Shown here piece after piece: positions 31,795 to 43,988 of a DNA stretch of 64,000 nt (position 1 is the first letter of the stretch; each line of letters starts with the position of its first letter). The DNA is from Zancudomyces culisetae HAW-14-8 (lineage: Eukaryota > Fungi > Kickxellomycota), in contig JBNJNM010000011.1 in NCBI GenBank assembly GCA_052426225.1, positions 3,100,001-3,164,000 of the forward strand, written 5' to 3'. The position numbers and the translations under genes were made by a program. The notes beneath the pieces are model-generated. The model saw nothing but the letters and a program-made list of their open reading frames with translations, was not told where the DNA came from and made no database searches.

Positions 31795-34331
31795 ATGGTG
31801 TACATAACAGCAGAGCAATTTGAGCAAGGATATAAAAAGATAATCGAAGGTTCGGCCAATGCAATAAGATCGGGACTAGGGGTGTGTAGTGTATTATTTT
31901 TAGTGGCTAATGACACTGATGCGTTGTGTGGGTTGCGAATACTAACAGTGAGTGCTAGAGTTCATTACTAGTAGTTTATTATATCTAGCTCGAAGAAGTT
32001 ATACTTTTTAATATGTATTCAAAGCGAAGAAAACAAAAAAAAATGTTTAAATGCATAGACTCTGCTGAGACAAGATTTCATAAGTTACAAAATTGTTCCA
32101 GTGAGATCCGTTCGTGACATTGTCAGCTGTAATGAAAACTTGATTGTTGGCAACGAAGAGGTAACCAGTATTAGTACTTTGAGGTATATTAGTGACTTTT
32201 TTACTTTTAATTTTTTTTTGCTTAAAATGTAACGCTTCCTCTTATAAACAACGAATACGAAATAGCTGCAAACAATCGTGATGATTAACTGTGGCGGATC
32301 TATAGACATTCAAGAAAAGATTGAAATACGGGAGAATGTTACAGTTATAATCATAGACAACCATAGACCATACAATTTGTATAATATTTACTGGAATGAA
32401 AACGTAAGAAACAAACTTTGTATATTGTTTTTAACAGAGTACTAATAACATGACAATAAATTGAAATAGGTTCTAGTATTTGATGACGGTGATCTAGACG
32501 AAGAAGAAAAACTTAAAACAGCATTTAATTATCTAGAGGTAACCACTAGGATATCATTCATTGGTATATATATGTATAAATCAGATACTTACGGAGGATA
32601 GTTTTAAAAACTTCGTGTTGATACCCAATAACACGGGAAAAATGCATCCAAAGTTGCTTTGAGAGGATGTAAAAATTAAAGAAAGCATGTGTAACCAAAA
32701 ACTAGTTTAACGATCAAGAAGAAGCCGAGAATGGGGCTCAAGAGGGGGAGGGGGAGGGGGAGGAAGAGTTTGATGGAGAGGATAGGCATACCAGGAAAAA
32801 GCTCAAAGATACAAATGAAATAGTAAGTACGAGCAAAATACTGTACAAGTATTAGGGGGAGGGGTACGAGATTCATTTAGTGATAAAAAATATATTTTTA
32901 GGCAGAAGACTTCATAAAACAACAGAAACAAAGGAGTGAGCGAAGAAAGGAACGGGATGAAGCACAAGCGATAATAGCGGAGTACTATTCGCAGGGGCAG
33001 TATTATGGCCAATCGGCGGCCATAACTGCCTACCAAATTTTGGAGCAGATGGGAAAACCTCAAGGCATGGATACGGTATGGTGGGCCATACTAGGGCTAA
33101 CTACACAGTATATCAGCGAGCAAATAGATGAAGAGGGGTACCAATTGGTAGTAAATAGTATCTCGGATACTGTAGCACAACTAAACGACTCTTCGGTTCC
33201 AGGTAGCGGTAACAACAGCGGCAATGGTGAGCAAATAGCTGTTGATTTATCGACATCATCAAAGCTGATAATGAATTCCAAACAACCCACCTGTTCAATC
33301 CAACCTAGCGAGGAATTTAGATTTTTTATGTTGCGACACTGGTCACTTGAAAATTCCATGCAATATTCATCGTTTATTGTTAGTCGTTTAGGTACATGGT
33401 CAGCGCGAGGAAAATCGGTATTTCGCTTGGTGATCGCGAAACTTGGTTTAGCAATTTCTGAGATCCAGCAATCGTATACACATCTTGATCCAAAGCTTAA
33501 AAGCGAGCTTCCTGTGCGATGGGATCGTGTTTCCAGCGACTACAATCTGGAAAACGCCATGTTTAATAGTTTTGTCCGCACTTATGGCTGGAAGATGCCG
33601 CCCATTAGCGCTGCTGATCATGTATGTGTTTCAAACGCACTCCTGATCGACTCTACTGTTGTGGCGGATTGGAAGGTGGCATTTTACAAAGCATACGACT
33701 GCTTGGCGAATCTAAATGTTCTTCATACTGGTCTCTCTTGTGCATTGAAAACACAACAGTCACTTGTGGACCTTGCATGTTCCATGCTCGATCAAAAGCT
33801 TGTAAAAACGCTATCCAAATTTCGCCTGGCTGTCATTAACCTTCCGTTTTCGTCTACTTCTACATCTTCTCTTTTATCATCTGAAAGTCATCTGATGCTG
33901 ATTCAATTAGGAAACTTGCTTATTGATGCACTACGTGTAAGTAAAACTTCTAATCTTATCATAAACTCGACAATCTGCATTTCATACTTTATTAATCGAA
34001 ACTAATATTTCAAAAATAACATGTACTATAATAGAATCACGGAAATCCAGCTCATGCCAAACTCCCGTTTATTCTCGCTTATTATGATCCGCAAAGCTTA
34101 GCATACACGGTGTTTGGTTTAACCCCTCCAGAGTATCATGCCTCTGCTCAGCTACCCCCATCTACCTCGACTTATTCTGGGGATTTAAGAAATAAGTTTG
34201 GACTCATATTTGAGCTTTCTGCCACTGACTGTGGTGCAGAGATTACAAACTCTTATTTTGATACATGTATAGTTTCCATCACTGAATCTAAATTTAAAAC
34301 TTTTATTGATAAATTGCGCAAGCATTTATAA
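31795..34331 (+). CDS. CDC45: DNA replication initiation factor Cdc45; 7 exons
   Basis: Exons 31795-31947, 32059-32160, 32266-32403, 32470-32538, 32706-32822, 32902-33936, 34035-34331, all phase 0. Motifs DTDALCGLRIL, YKIVPV, INCGG, IDNHRP, LVFDDG, WWAILGLT, FFMLRHWSLENSM, RNKFG..F. Confidence 0.93.
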
Positions 34332-36267
34332 AAACATACTGTCTTTTTACAATGGTCAATGTCTTAATGAATGTATACCACTTTTTTCCTAATAAAAAAT
34401 AAGTTATTTCAAGATTTATCATTATCACACTTTTTTTTGAGCAACTCGGGTTTGTGATTATACTGTAGGTGCAGTAAGTGACGGAAGAAGGAGGGGTGGG
34501 GATAAATGGTTTAAACCTATACACTGCTATAGTACGCTTCACACGTTTCTACAGGATGAATGTCCGCATAACTATACATTTCACGCGCTTTTTCTGTGTC
34601 TGTATACAAACTCGCTATTAATGCCATCATGCTACAATACATGTGTATACACTTTTTTATATTTTTTTCACGATTTTGTACCAAATAATTGCTAGGACAG
34701 CTTTTCCAGAAAAGATCCATATTTGAACGTGTAACTACTTTTCGGGCTAACTGGATCATGTCCTGTTTGCAAATTTGTCAATGCTTTAGCTACGACTCCA
34801 TTCGCCTACAAAAACTATTCTAGCTAATAAAAATGACTTGATAAAAAGTGTAACCATTAATATATCTTTTATTGGCCCGATAAACAAGCGATATGTCAAA
34901 TTTGCACTACTTTTTCTTTCCCAAATCAACTCTGAATTGATAACGATTTTTGGATGGTGCTAGCCAAAAAAGAATTCCAGGCACATTGAGAATATGATCG
35001 ACTTGTTGGAACAATTATTGCATACAGCTTAGTGTTATATTGGCTAAAGAACAATACAGATTACAACTTATCTGGTATACAAAAGATAGAAAGAATACAG
35101 TGACTTATCCGTGTACACATAAGAACTACGTATAAGGCAGTACTAGAACATTGTTGTACCAGATAAATGTTATATTTTGAAGACAGCTTTAAAACTTTTT
35201 GTCTCCTCTTTGATGCCAGTATTATCTCTCTCACATACTCGTAGAAGGATGGGCTCAAAGGTCTGTGTTCATACAGACATGATGTAATATAGTGCTGTTT
35301 TACCAAGCGCGCAGTAGATTAAACTTTAAAAAAACAGTGTGCTGAGAGCAAATATCGACGATAACTAATTGGTTTAGATAAGCCAAGTATCTGTTATACT
35401 AGGTGGGGGGGAATGTTGCAGGCGTAGTATGACTCAAGATAATTGCAGAGCACAAGAGATCATTTTTAGTTTTTTAATTTTTGTTTTACTTTTTCACAAG
35501 TGGTGGGATAGGCTAGATATCACAAAGAGCAGTAGTTCCCCGAATTTGTCACAAGCCAATCCCCCTCCCCTCTCTGAAATTTGAGCATCTTTATCTTTCT
35601 TATTTAAAAGAACTGATAACATTAATCAAATCCCCAGCTTGGATGAGAAAAAAAATTTTCAAACGAAAAAAAAAAAACACGAGCAATGAAACAGATGCGT
35701 ATTTCAAGCACTTACACCAAAAACCGAGCCAGTAATTAGCTGGATTTTATCAATGTACCTGTTTGAACACAATTTATTGATTGCTGCTCTTCCCAGTGCA
35801 GGCTGTGAGGATGAATGAAAAGACAAAAAAAAAATAATCGAGAAAAAGCAGACGGACGAAAAAAGTGGAATAAAATAAAGTAAAATAAAATAGAATTTTA
35901 GGTAATTTTGAGAAACGAATAAAGAGGGAGGGGTGGTAAAGGAGCTGGAAAAAAAAAAGTGTTACAAATCTGCTATAGGCTGAAGCGAGAAAAGTATTAC
36001 ATCTTAAAATCTAGTGGAGCTTTTGAAAGTTGTGAGGAGATTGTTAGTTTAATTGATTTGGAGATTAGCAATTAGCCTCAAATGATATTTAGAAATTGCA
36101 AAATGTTTTAAAGCGGATAAAAAATATATATATGCTGTGGAGACAAAAAAAATTTTAAAGACAATATACGCTTTTAATTCAAATATTAATTATATTGGCA
36201 CAGTATTTGTTGATATACTAATTTGAAAACAATATTGGAATTCCAGTAAGGGTTTGGTATAAAAGAG

Positions 36268-38794
36268 ATGTTTTCCAAGGCTTCAGTAAATTCAGCAATC
36301 AAGGTAAGAATAGCATAACAAGACGGACAAAAGAAATAAGCGGGTGTTTAGATGTGCACAAGATGTGGACACCAAAAGTAACAAAAAACTATTAATTCAA
36401 TATAGAAGAGTGGTGTATTGGGATTGCGCAATGGCGTAGTCGGCCAGAAGGGCTTTGCAACAATACCCCAACAGGTTTCGATGTCGAGACTTGAGAAGAA
36501 CAAGTTCATTAACTATAAAAAAATCGATGAAAATATTGCAACTGTACGCAAGAGGTTAGTTACTAGCATTTATCTAATTAAATAACCCATCTCAAACATC
36601 TATAAAACACGAAAAAAATAGACTGGGAAGACCTTTGGCCTTGTCCGAAAAGATCGTTTATGGTCACTTGGATGATGCAGCAAATCAAGATATAGTTAGA
36701 GGAGAATCATACCTGAAGTTGAGACCAGACAGAGTGGTGTGCCAGGATGCAACAGCACAAATGGCAATCCTCCAGTTTATGTCAGCAGGAATGCCAGAGG
36801 TAGCAGTTCCATCTTCAGTGCACTGCGATCACTTGATTCAAGCCAAGGTTAATGGCATAGAGGATCTAAAGGTAGCAAAGGATGTCAACGGAGAAGTATA
36901 CGACTTCTTGCAGACAGCATGCGCGAAATACGGATTGGGATTCTGGAAGCCAGGTTCAGGAATCATCCATCAGATTGTAATAGAAAACTATGCATTCCCA
37001 GGAGCCTTGATCATTGGAACAGACTCACACACACCAAATGCCGGAGGATTGGGTGCCGTGGCAGTCGGAGTAGGAGGAGCTGATGCAGTAGACGTTATGG
37101 CAGGAATTCCATGGGAACTCAAATGCCCCAAGACAATTGGAGTCAAACTTACAGGTAAGTTGCAAGGATGGGCATCACCAAAGGATGTGATTTTGGAAGT
37201 TGCAGGTATCTTGACAGTTAAGGGAGGAACTGGAGCCATCGTCGAATACTTTGGACCAGGAGTTGATGGTATTTCAGCCACAGGTATGGGAACCATCTGT
37301 AACATGGGAGCTGAAATTGGAGCAACTACATCTATGTTCCCATACACCGAAAGTATGGACAGATATTTGAGAGCAACTAGCAGAGCAGCAATTGCTGATG
37401 CATCCAGGGCATTCTCCCACCACTTGACACCTGATGAGGGTCACCAATACGACCAGGTGATTGAAATCGACTTGTCCAAGTTGGAGCCAAGAATCAACGG
37501 ACCATTCACACCCGACTTGATGACACCAATTTCCAAGATGAAGGAAACAGCAATCAAGAACAACTGGCCAGAAAAGATGTCCGTTGGTCTGATTGGATCA
37601 TGCACAAACAGTTCATACGAAGACATGACCCGTGCCGCTTCATTGGCTCGCCAGGCCTTGGATGCTGGCTTGAAGGCCAAGTCTGGATTCACAATCACAC
37701 CAGGATCAGAACAAGTAAGAGCCACCACTGAGCGTGATGGATTGTTGGAGACCTTCCGTGAAGCCGGAGGTGTTGTTTTGGCCAACGCTTGTGGACCATG
37801 TATCGGTCAATGGGACCGTAGTGATGTTGAAAAGGGAACACCAAACACCATTGTAACCTCATACAACCGTAACTTCACTGGCAGAAACGATGGAAACCCA
37901 GCCACACACGCCTTTGTAGCATCCCCAGAAATTGTCACTGCTATGGTGTTCGGAGGCTCCTTGCACTTCAACCCTCTCACTGACTCTCTCGACACCCCAT
38001 CCGGAAAGCCATTCAAGTTCACACCACCAGCTGGTGAGGAATTGCCCAGCAAAGGATTTGACTTGGGTGAAGATACCTACCAAGCACCACCAGCACTCGA
38101 AGCTCGCTCTTCAGTGAACGTAAAGGTCAGCCCAACATCAAACAGATTGCAGCTTCTTGAGCCATTCGCCAAATGGTCTGGAAAGGACTACACCAACGCT
38201 GCCGTCTTGATCAAGACCAAGGGCAAATGTACTACTGACCACATCTCCATGGCTGGTCCTTGGCTCAAATTCAGAGGTCACCTTGACAACATCTCCAACA
38301 ACATGTTGATTGGTGCCATCAACGCTGAAAACGGTGAGGCAAACAAGGTCCGCAACCAGCTGACCAATAAGTGGGATGCCGTTCCTGCAACTGCCCGCTA
38401 CTACAAGGCCCAAGGATTGCCTTGGGTTGTTATTGGTGACGAGAACTACGGTGAAGGCTCATCTCGTGAGCATGCCGCTCTTGAAGTCCGCCACCTTGGT
38501 GGTGTAGCTGTCCTTGTCAAATCCTTTGCTCGTATCCACGAAACCAATCTCAAGAAGCAAGGTGTTCTGCCTCTTACCTTCGCCAACCCAGCCGATTATG
38601 AATTGATTCGCCCTGATGACCGCATTGATATTGTCGGCCTTGAGTCTAACTTCAAGCCAGGCCAACAACTCACCATCCGCCTCAACCGCAAGGATGGTAG
38701 CAAACCTGTTGAATTCAAAGTCAACCATACCTTCAACGAAAACCAAATTGAATGGTTCAAGGCTGGTTCTGCTCTTAACAAGATGTCACAATAA
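36268..38794 (+). CDS. ACO1: Mitochondrial aconitate hydratase; 3 exons
   Basis: Exons 36268-36303, 36406-36554, 36622-38794. Presequence-like N-terminus. Motifs [57 protein letters not shown]. Confidence 0.97.
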
Positions 38795-39405
38795 TAGCAA
38801 ACATTTTATTTAGTTTATCTTCTATTTTACTCATTTCGATATATTCCTCTTCGCTTTTGTGGTCGTATCCAAATAAATGTAGTATTCCATGGATCAGTAG
38901 TTTGTTTGTTATGTCAATCATGTTTGCTCTTGTCCCTTCGGCGTGCTTGATTTTGGCGTGCTCTGGACTTATGTACATGTTTCCTAAATCTTTAATCTCT
39001 AGTATATCTTTTGTCTGCTGAATCTGTCGCGGGCTTGTAAACTATGCAATTTTCAAAACAAAAAATTTCTTTACAAGTGTTGCAGTAATTTTTCATCTCT
39101 AATCATTTGTTAAATATCATTCATACCACACCTCACCTGTCTCTCTATCGCCTCCGTCCGAACATATAGTGAATTTATGGAATGTTTAAACTTACATCAT
39201 TAAATCTAAACGACAAAATATCCGTGGGACTAGCATTATCCTTTGTATAGTAAGCGGAACGAATATATGCAATTTCGTCATTGGTTGTGAATTTTACACC
39301 AACCGAGTATTCTTCTAGTCCTAGTTCCTTCAGAATCATGGAAATGTTGTGTCGAATATACCGTTTCGGGATAAATCTTCCGCTGGAATTAAAAACCTTG
39401 ATCAT
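38775..39405 (-). CDS. YBEY: Endoribonuclease YbeY (UPF0054); 2 exons
   Basis: Exons 39405-39196 and 39041-38775 (GTAAGT...CATAG, phase 0), 158 aa. Motifs [15 protein letters not shown] and the H-x3-H-x5-H zinc motif [11 protein letters not shown], followed by MSKIE. Confidence 0.9.
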
Positions 39406-40486
39406 TATCTTCTTTTATGTGTCTTGGTTTATTTCAAGTGTTACAATCGCCGTATAGAACTGGAAAAATATCCAAATCCCTTGTGTACTAATACTTTTGA
39501 ATAAAAGTTTATTTTTTGTTAATTTTTGTGTATTTAGATTAAATTTTTTGGAGCGTGTACATGGAAAAAAAAATGTCGAAAGTTGATCCAAGAATTTAGG
39601 ATCTAGCGTACTTTAATTTTTTGAAATGGCAAGTAGTTGAGGCATGTATAAGTGTATAGCATTTATTGATACAATTTGATTTATGGGACCATAAACCAAT
39701 ACCTTTGAGGGTAATTGGTAAAAAGTCAAAGAATATCACTCAAACGTAGACAGTAACTAAACAGTACTACATTTCTTACGGCCCTGATCAGCTATTATTA
39801 TTCTATTACATTTTTTTTGTGGCTAAATGGCAGCAGGTGTAACTGAACAATACAGGTTCGAAAAGCAAGGGTTCAAAATTATTTGTAGGTGCAGGTATTT
39901 TGCAAATTCTATGCTCTCGTATCTATAAAGAATAGGGACAAAATATGGAAATGAAATATACACAAGTTATTGAGGATAGATCAGGGTATACATGTGAATT
40001 GTTTGTGAGCCAGTAGGAGAAATGAACAAGGGATATATAACCTTTTGTGAACCCTTAAGCAGTTCTTATTTATTGCCTAGATTAGCCTTTAGATGTATTA
40101 GAGGAGGAAATAAATGGGCTAAGGACAGTACGGTTCGCATGGAGGAGGGTTGGGGAGGGGAGGGGGAAATGTCATAAGCTGGTTTTAATTGGAGTGAGCT
40201 GATGGTACTACATAATATATAAACACTTTTTACTTTATCTTGTTTTATTCTGCTATAAAGAAAAATCGGTGGATTTTGTTGGTGGTCAGAACACTATAAA
40301 CGGGTTTTAAATGAGAACACATTACCAGCCAATAAAAATAAGGAAAATCTTGTGCCCAAAAAAAGAAAAGAAAACAAAGGGACCTTTAAAAATGGTGCAA
40401 AGGGGATAAGTATAGTGTGGACAATTTATTCTGGTTTTAGTAGTTAACGAATGGGGGGGAAAAGTAGAATAAATCCAACTGAATTT

Positions 40487-40600
40487 CAAATCAAATCAAA
40501 TCAAATCAAGTCAAATTTAGCGCCGAAATCAACGCAAACGCAAACACAAACAAAAACAAAAACAATGGCAAAAGCAAAAGCAAAAATAAAGATAAAAATA
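40487..40600 (+). repeat. Degenerate penta/hexanucleotide low-complexity array
   Basis: (tcaaa)n, then aacgca/aacaca/aacaaa and agcaaa/aataaa units. Confidence 0.7.
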
Positions 40601-41802
40601 TTAAGCCAGCGAATAAAAAGAAACCATCTAATAGGATGTCTATAAATCCCAAGTTTATTCAATCCTCACATTTTGACGCCTATGCAGCCTTGCTCGGCTT
40701 TATTTTCCCAAGCTAGTACAACTTGGGATAATTCCAATTGAATATTTGTGGATAGAGTATTATATAAAAGCAAACATAAAAGAAGCGGGGATTTAGTAAT
40801 AAAAATAAACAAATCAGTACAAAATACAGGCGTCGTATGCTTTGGGTATTAGTTCTAATGGTATAGGTCTTATTTTGTGCTGGCTATAGGGCAGTATTTT
40901 GGTTATGACCACAGTTTTTGTGCCAGAAAGGAAAAAAAAAATTAAATTGCTAGATGGGGTTATGTATATTGGTTCCTTAAAACTCATCATGATTTACGGC
41001 CTTCACCAGTGTTTTTTTCTAATTCCGCCCCTCCCCTCCTCATACTTTCTGGTGTCTCAAATACCGATATTCTGCCTTAGCCCAGGCTACATAAAAACAA
41101 CACTGCATCTAGTGACTATTTCGAGATTTGTTTGTATCTCTTAGCATATATGTGTTTCCTTCGCTGCTCTTTTTGGCTACTTTCATAAAAAGCCCATTTA
41201 GTGAAAAAACAAAACCCTGTCTTTCAGGTGGGGTTGTATTTTTGTACAAAAACCTTGCAACTAATGAAAAAAAAATTTTTTACTAACGATTACTCAAACA
41301 AGCGAAAACAAAAATAAAAATAAAAATAAAAATAAAATAAAAGTAAAAGTAAAAATCAAATAATAAACAGAAATTGTGGTGGTTAACCACTCGTCTTTTC
41401 CTTTGAAAATCAAAATTGTTTCCCAGTTCCTAACATTTTACACCATTTCCCTTTTCTTTTTTTTTAATTACTGCATTTGTTTCTGATTTATTTACCATTT
41501 ATAATAGATATTTTTCTTGTTATTTATGTATTGAAGCATGGTGGTTTTATTGACAGATAAAGATAGAATTTAATCGACAAAATTACATATTAATAAATCT
41601 GGAAAGTATATTTTAATTTATTTTATACTCTCTTAAAAGATTTTGTTTCTTCAAGTATAATTCCAAGTCTAGAATTTGGTTAAAGTATTTTTTTTGCGGA
41701 ACTAAAAATAAGCAATAAAGGTAAGCTACATTGGGTAGAAACCACCTAAAACCACAGATTAGATAGCCGTAAAAGTAAAATTGAAAACATAGTAGTGAAG
41801 CA

Positions 41803-43108
41803 ATGGAAGCGAGCAATCAAAAAAAGAAGCTACAAGGGTATGTAGGCTTTGCCAATCTCCCAAACCAAGTTCACCGCAAATCTATTAAGAGAGGTTTCAC
41901 CTTCACACTCATGGTAGTAGGTAAGAGAATAATGTTAATAACACCGTCTGGGTCTAATACTTTGAGAAACACAAAATAACAGCTACTGATGAAAATATGA
42001 AATAGGTGAGGCAGGAATAGGAAAATCGACACTGATCAACACTTTGTTTGAAACAAAAATCTTCCCAATAAAGGAGGAAACAGTCGTAGATGCGCAAACA
42101 GGAGTTGAGATAACATCAATGGGTGCAGAAATACAGGAAGGAGGAGTCAAGCTGCGGTTGACAGTGGTGGATACTCCAGGGTTCGGCAACAGTATCAACA
42201 ACGAGGAAAACTGGAAGCCAATTTTGGAGAACATAGAGTCAAGGTTCGATGCGTTTTTGGGACAGGAAAACCGAGTAATCAAGAACAAGATAACAGACAA
42301 TCGAATTGATGCGTTGATATATTTCATCAAACCAACAGGTCATTCGCTCAGAGCCATTGATATCGAATTCATGAAGCGACTGCACACCAAAGTTAATCTT
42401 ATTCCTGTAATCCCAAAGTCTGACACCTTGACCCAGGATGAGCTTACAGGTTTCAAATCTCGAGTTATGGCCGATATCAACTACCACCAAATTCAAATCT
42501 TTAAGCCAAACTGGGATCCTCTTGACGATGCAGAAACTGTTGCTGACTGCAAGGACATGCTTGCCAAGATCCCATTTGCTGTTATAGGCAGCGACAAGAG
42601 CTATGAAAACGATTCTGGAAAGACAGTTCGTGGACGCAAGTATCCTTGGGGACTTATTGAGGTCGATAATGAATCCCATAATGACTTTGTCAAGCTCCGT
42701 CGCATGTTGATTTGTACTCACATGAACGAATTGAAAGATGCCACTGATACTGTTCTCTACGAGAACCATCGCTCACAGAAACTCTTCACCATGGGGCATG
42801 TTCAAGACAATACTGTATTCCGCGAATACAACCCAGCTGCTTATTTGGAGGAGGAGCGCAGACTCCATGATCTTAAGATGCAGAAAATGGAGGCAGAAAT
42901 GAACGCTGTCTTCCAACAAAAGGTCCAGGAGAAAGAAACAAAACTCAAGCAATCAGAAGAAGAACTTTATGCCCGCCACAAGGAAATGAAGGTGAATCTA
43001 GAAAAACAACGCATTGAGTTGGAAGAAAAGAAGAAGAAGCTCATGTCTACAAACCGACCTGTGACACCGATTGATAAAAAGCAAAAGAGAGGCTTGTTCT
43101 CGTTATAA
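41803..43108 (+). CDS. Septin, Cdc3/AspB (group 2) type; 2 exons
   Basis: Exons 41803-41920 and 42006-43108. [17 protein letters not shown]1 [16 protein letters not shown]4 IPKSD, GRKYPWG and a C-terminal coiled coil. Confidence 0.95.
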
Positions 43109-43988
43109 ACAAATCTTTACTCCAGCTTTCATCACTCTCTGTAGTATCCACAAGCCCCCCCTCCCTTTATTCTTTCTTTCATTCTATTTTTTTTCCTATT
43201 TCCTATTTCTTGTTTTCTTAACACCCTTTCTTTCTCCTATCTCCATTTTCTTTATGCTTTGAATTACTCCACTTTATCTTTATTCTTCTTTAACTATTGA
43301 GCTTATCCCTCAATCAATGGCCAAATAAAGCAAATAAATGGATTTTTATTACCACTAACACTATTTCATCCGTTCATCACATAATATAAAAATCTAATTT
43401 GCATCCACGGTGTCATGATCAATTATTGCATTTTAGTTTTAAGCACGAGGGTTTAGAGTTTATTCCTACTAGCTCTGGCGCATTTAATTTGCTATGTCCT
43501 GGCACTTGAAAATTGTACCTGACAACCCTCTTGAGTTCTAGCACAAACAATTCTTGAGACTGACACGATCTCAACCTCTATGTTTTATCCCTTTTCTTCT
43601 CCGCACACACTCGTCATTCTGCACCGAAAAAGTATTTTGAATGCCCAAAACTATTCCAAAACTCAAAACTCAAATGTCATAACCATCACCTTTTCAGCCA
43701 TAGAAGCTCGGTGCTGAATTAACATGCCAGTTTACACTACCCCCTTCTACTCAAAGCCAGTTAGTTGTACACCCAGCGTTTTTTTTTTGCTTTTGATCAA
43801 GAAAAATTAGTGATCTTTTATTTACATGGCCATAAATGCATGTTTACAAAACCACTACATTAGGCGATAACATTAAGTTCTAGCCACTCTGCTAACCAAC
43901 CAGCATCTAAAAATAACAATATTAGAATAATAAAAAAAGCAAAAGCTAGATAGTAAACTAAAAATAGAGTGACCCCCCCCCCCCCCTA

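Noticed and set aside
36988-38781. Several antisense ORFs over aconitase, and similar ones over chitin synthase, bZIP, septin and AHA1
   Set aside because: Shadow ORFs caused by codon bias of the real gene, with no recognisable motifs. Only the YbeY frame has family motifs.
39820-39880. tRNA-like A box (TGGCTAAATGG) followed by GGTTCGA/GGTTCAA
   Set aside because: No acceptor stem, T stem or proper anticodon arm, so it cannot fold as a cloverleaf.
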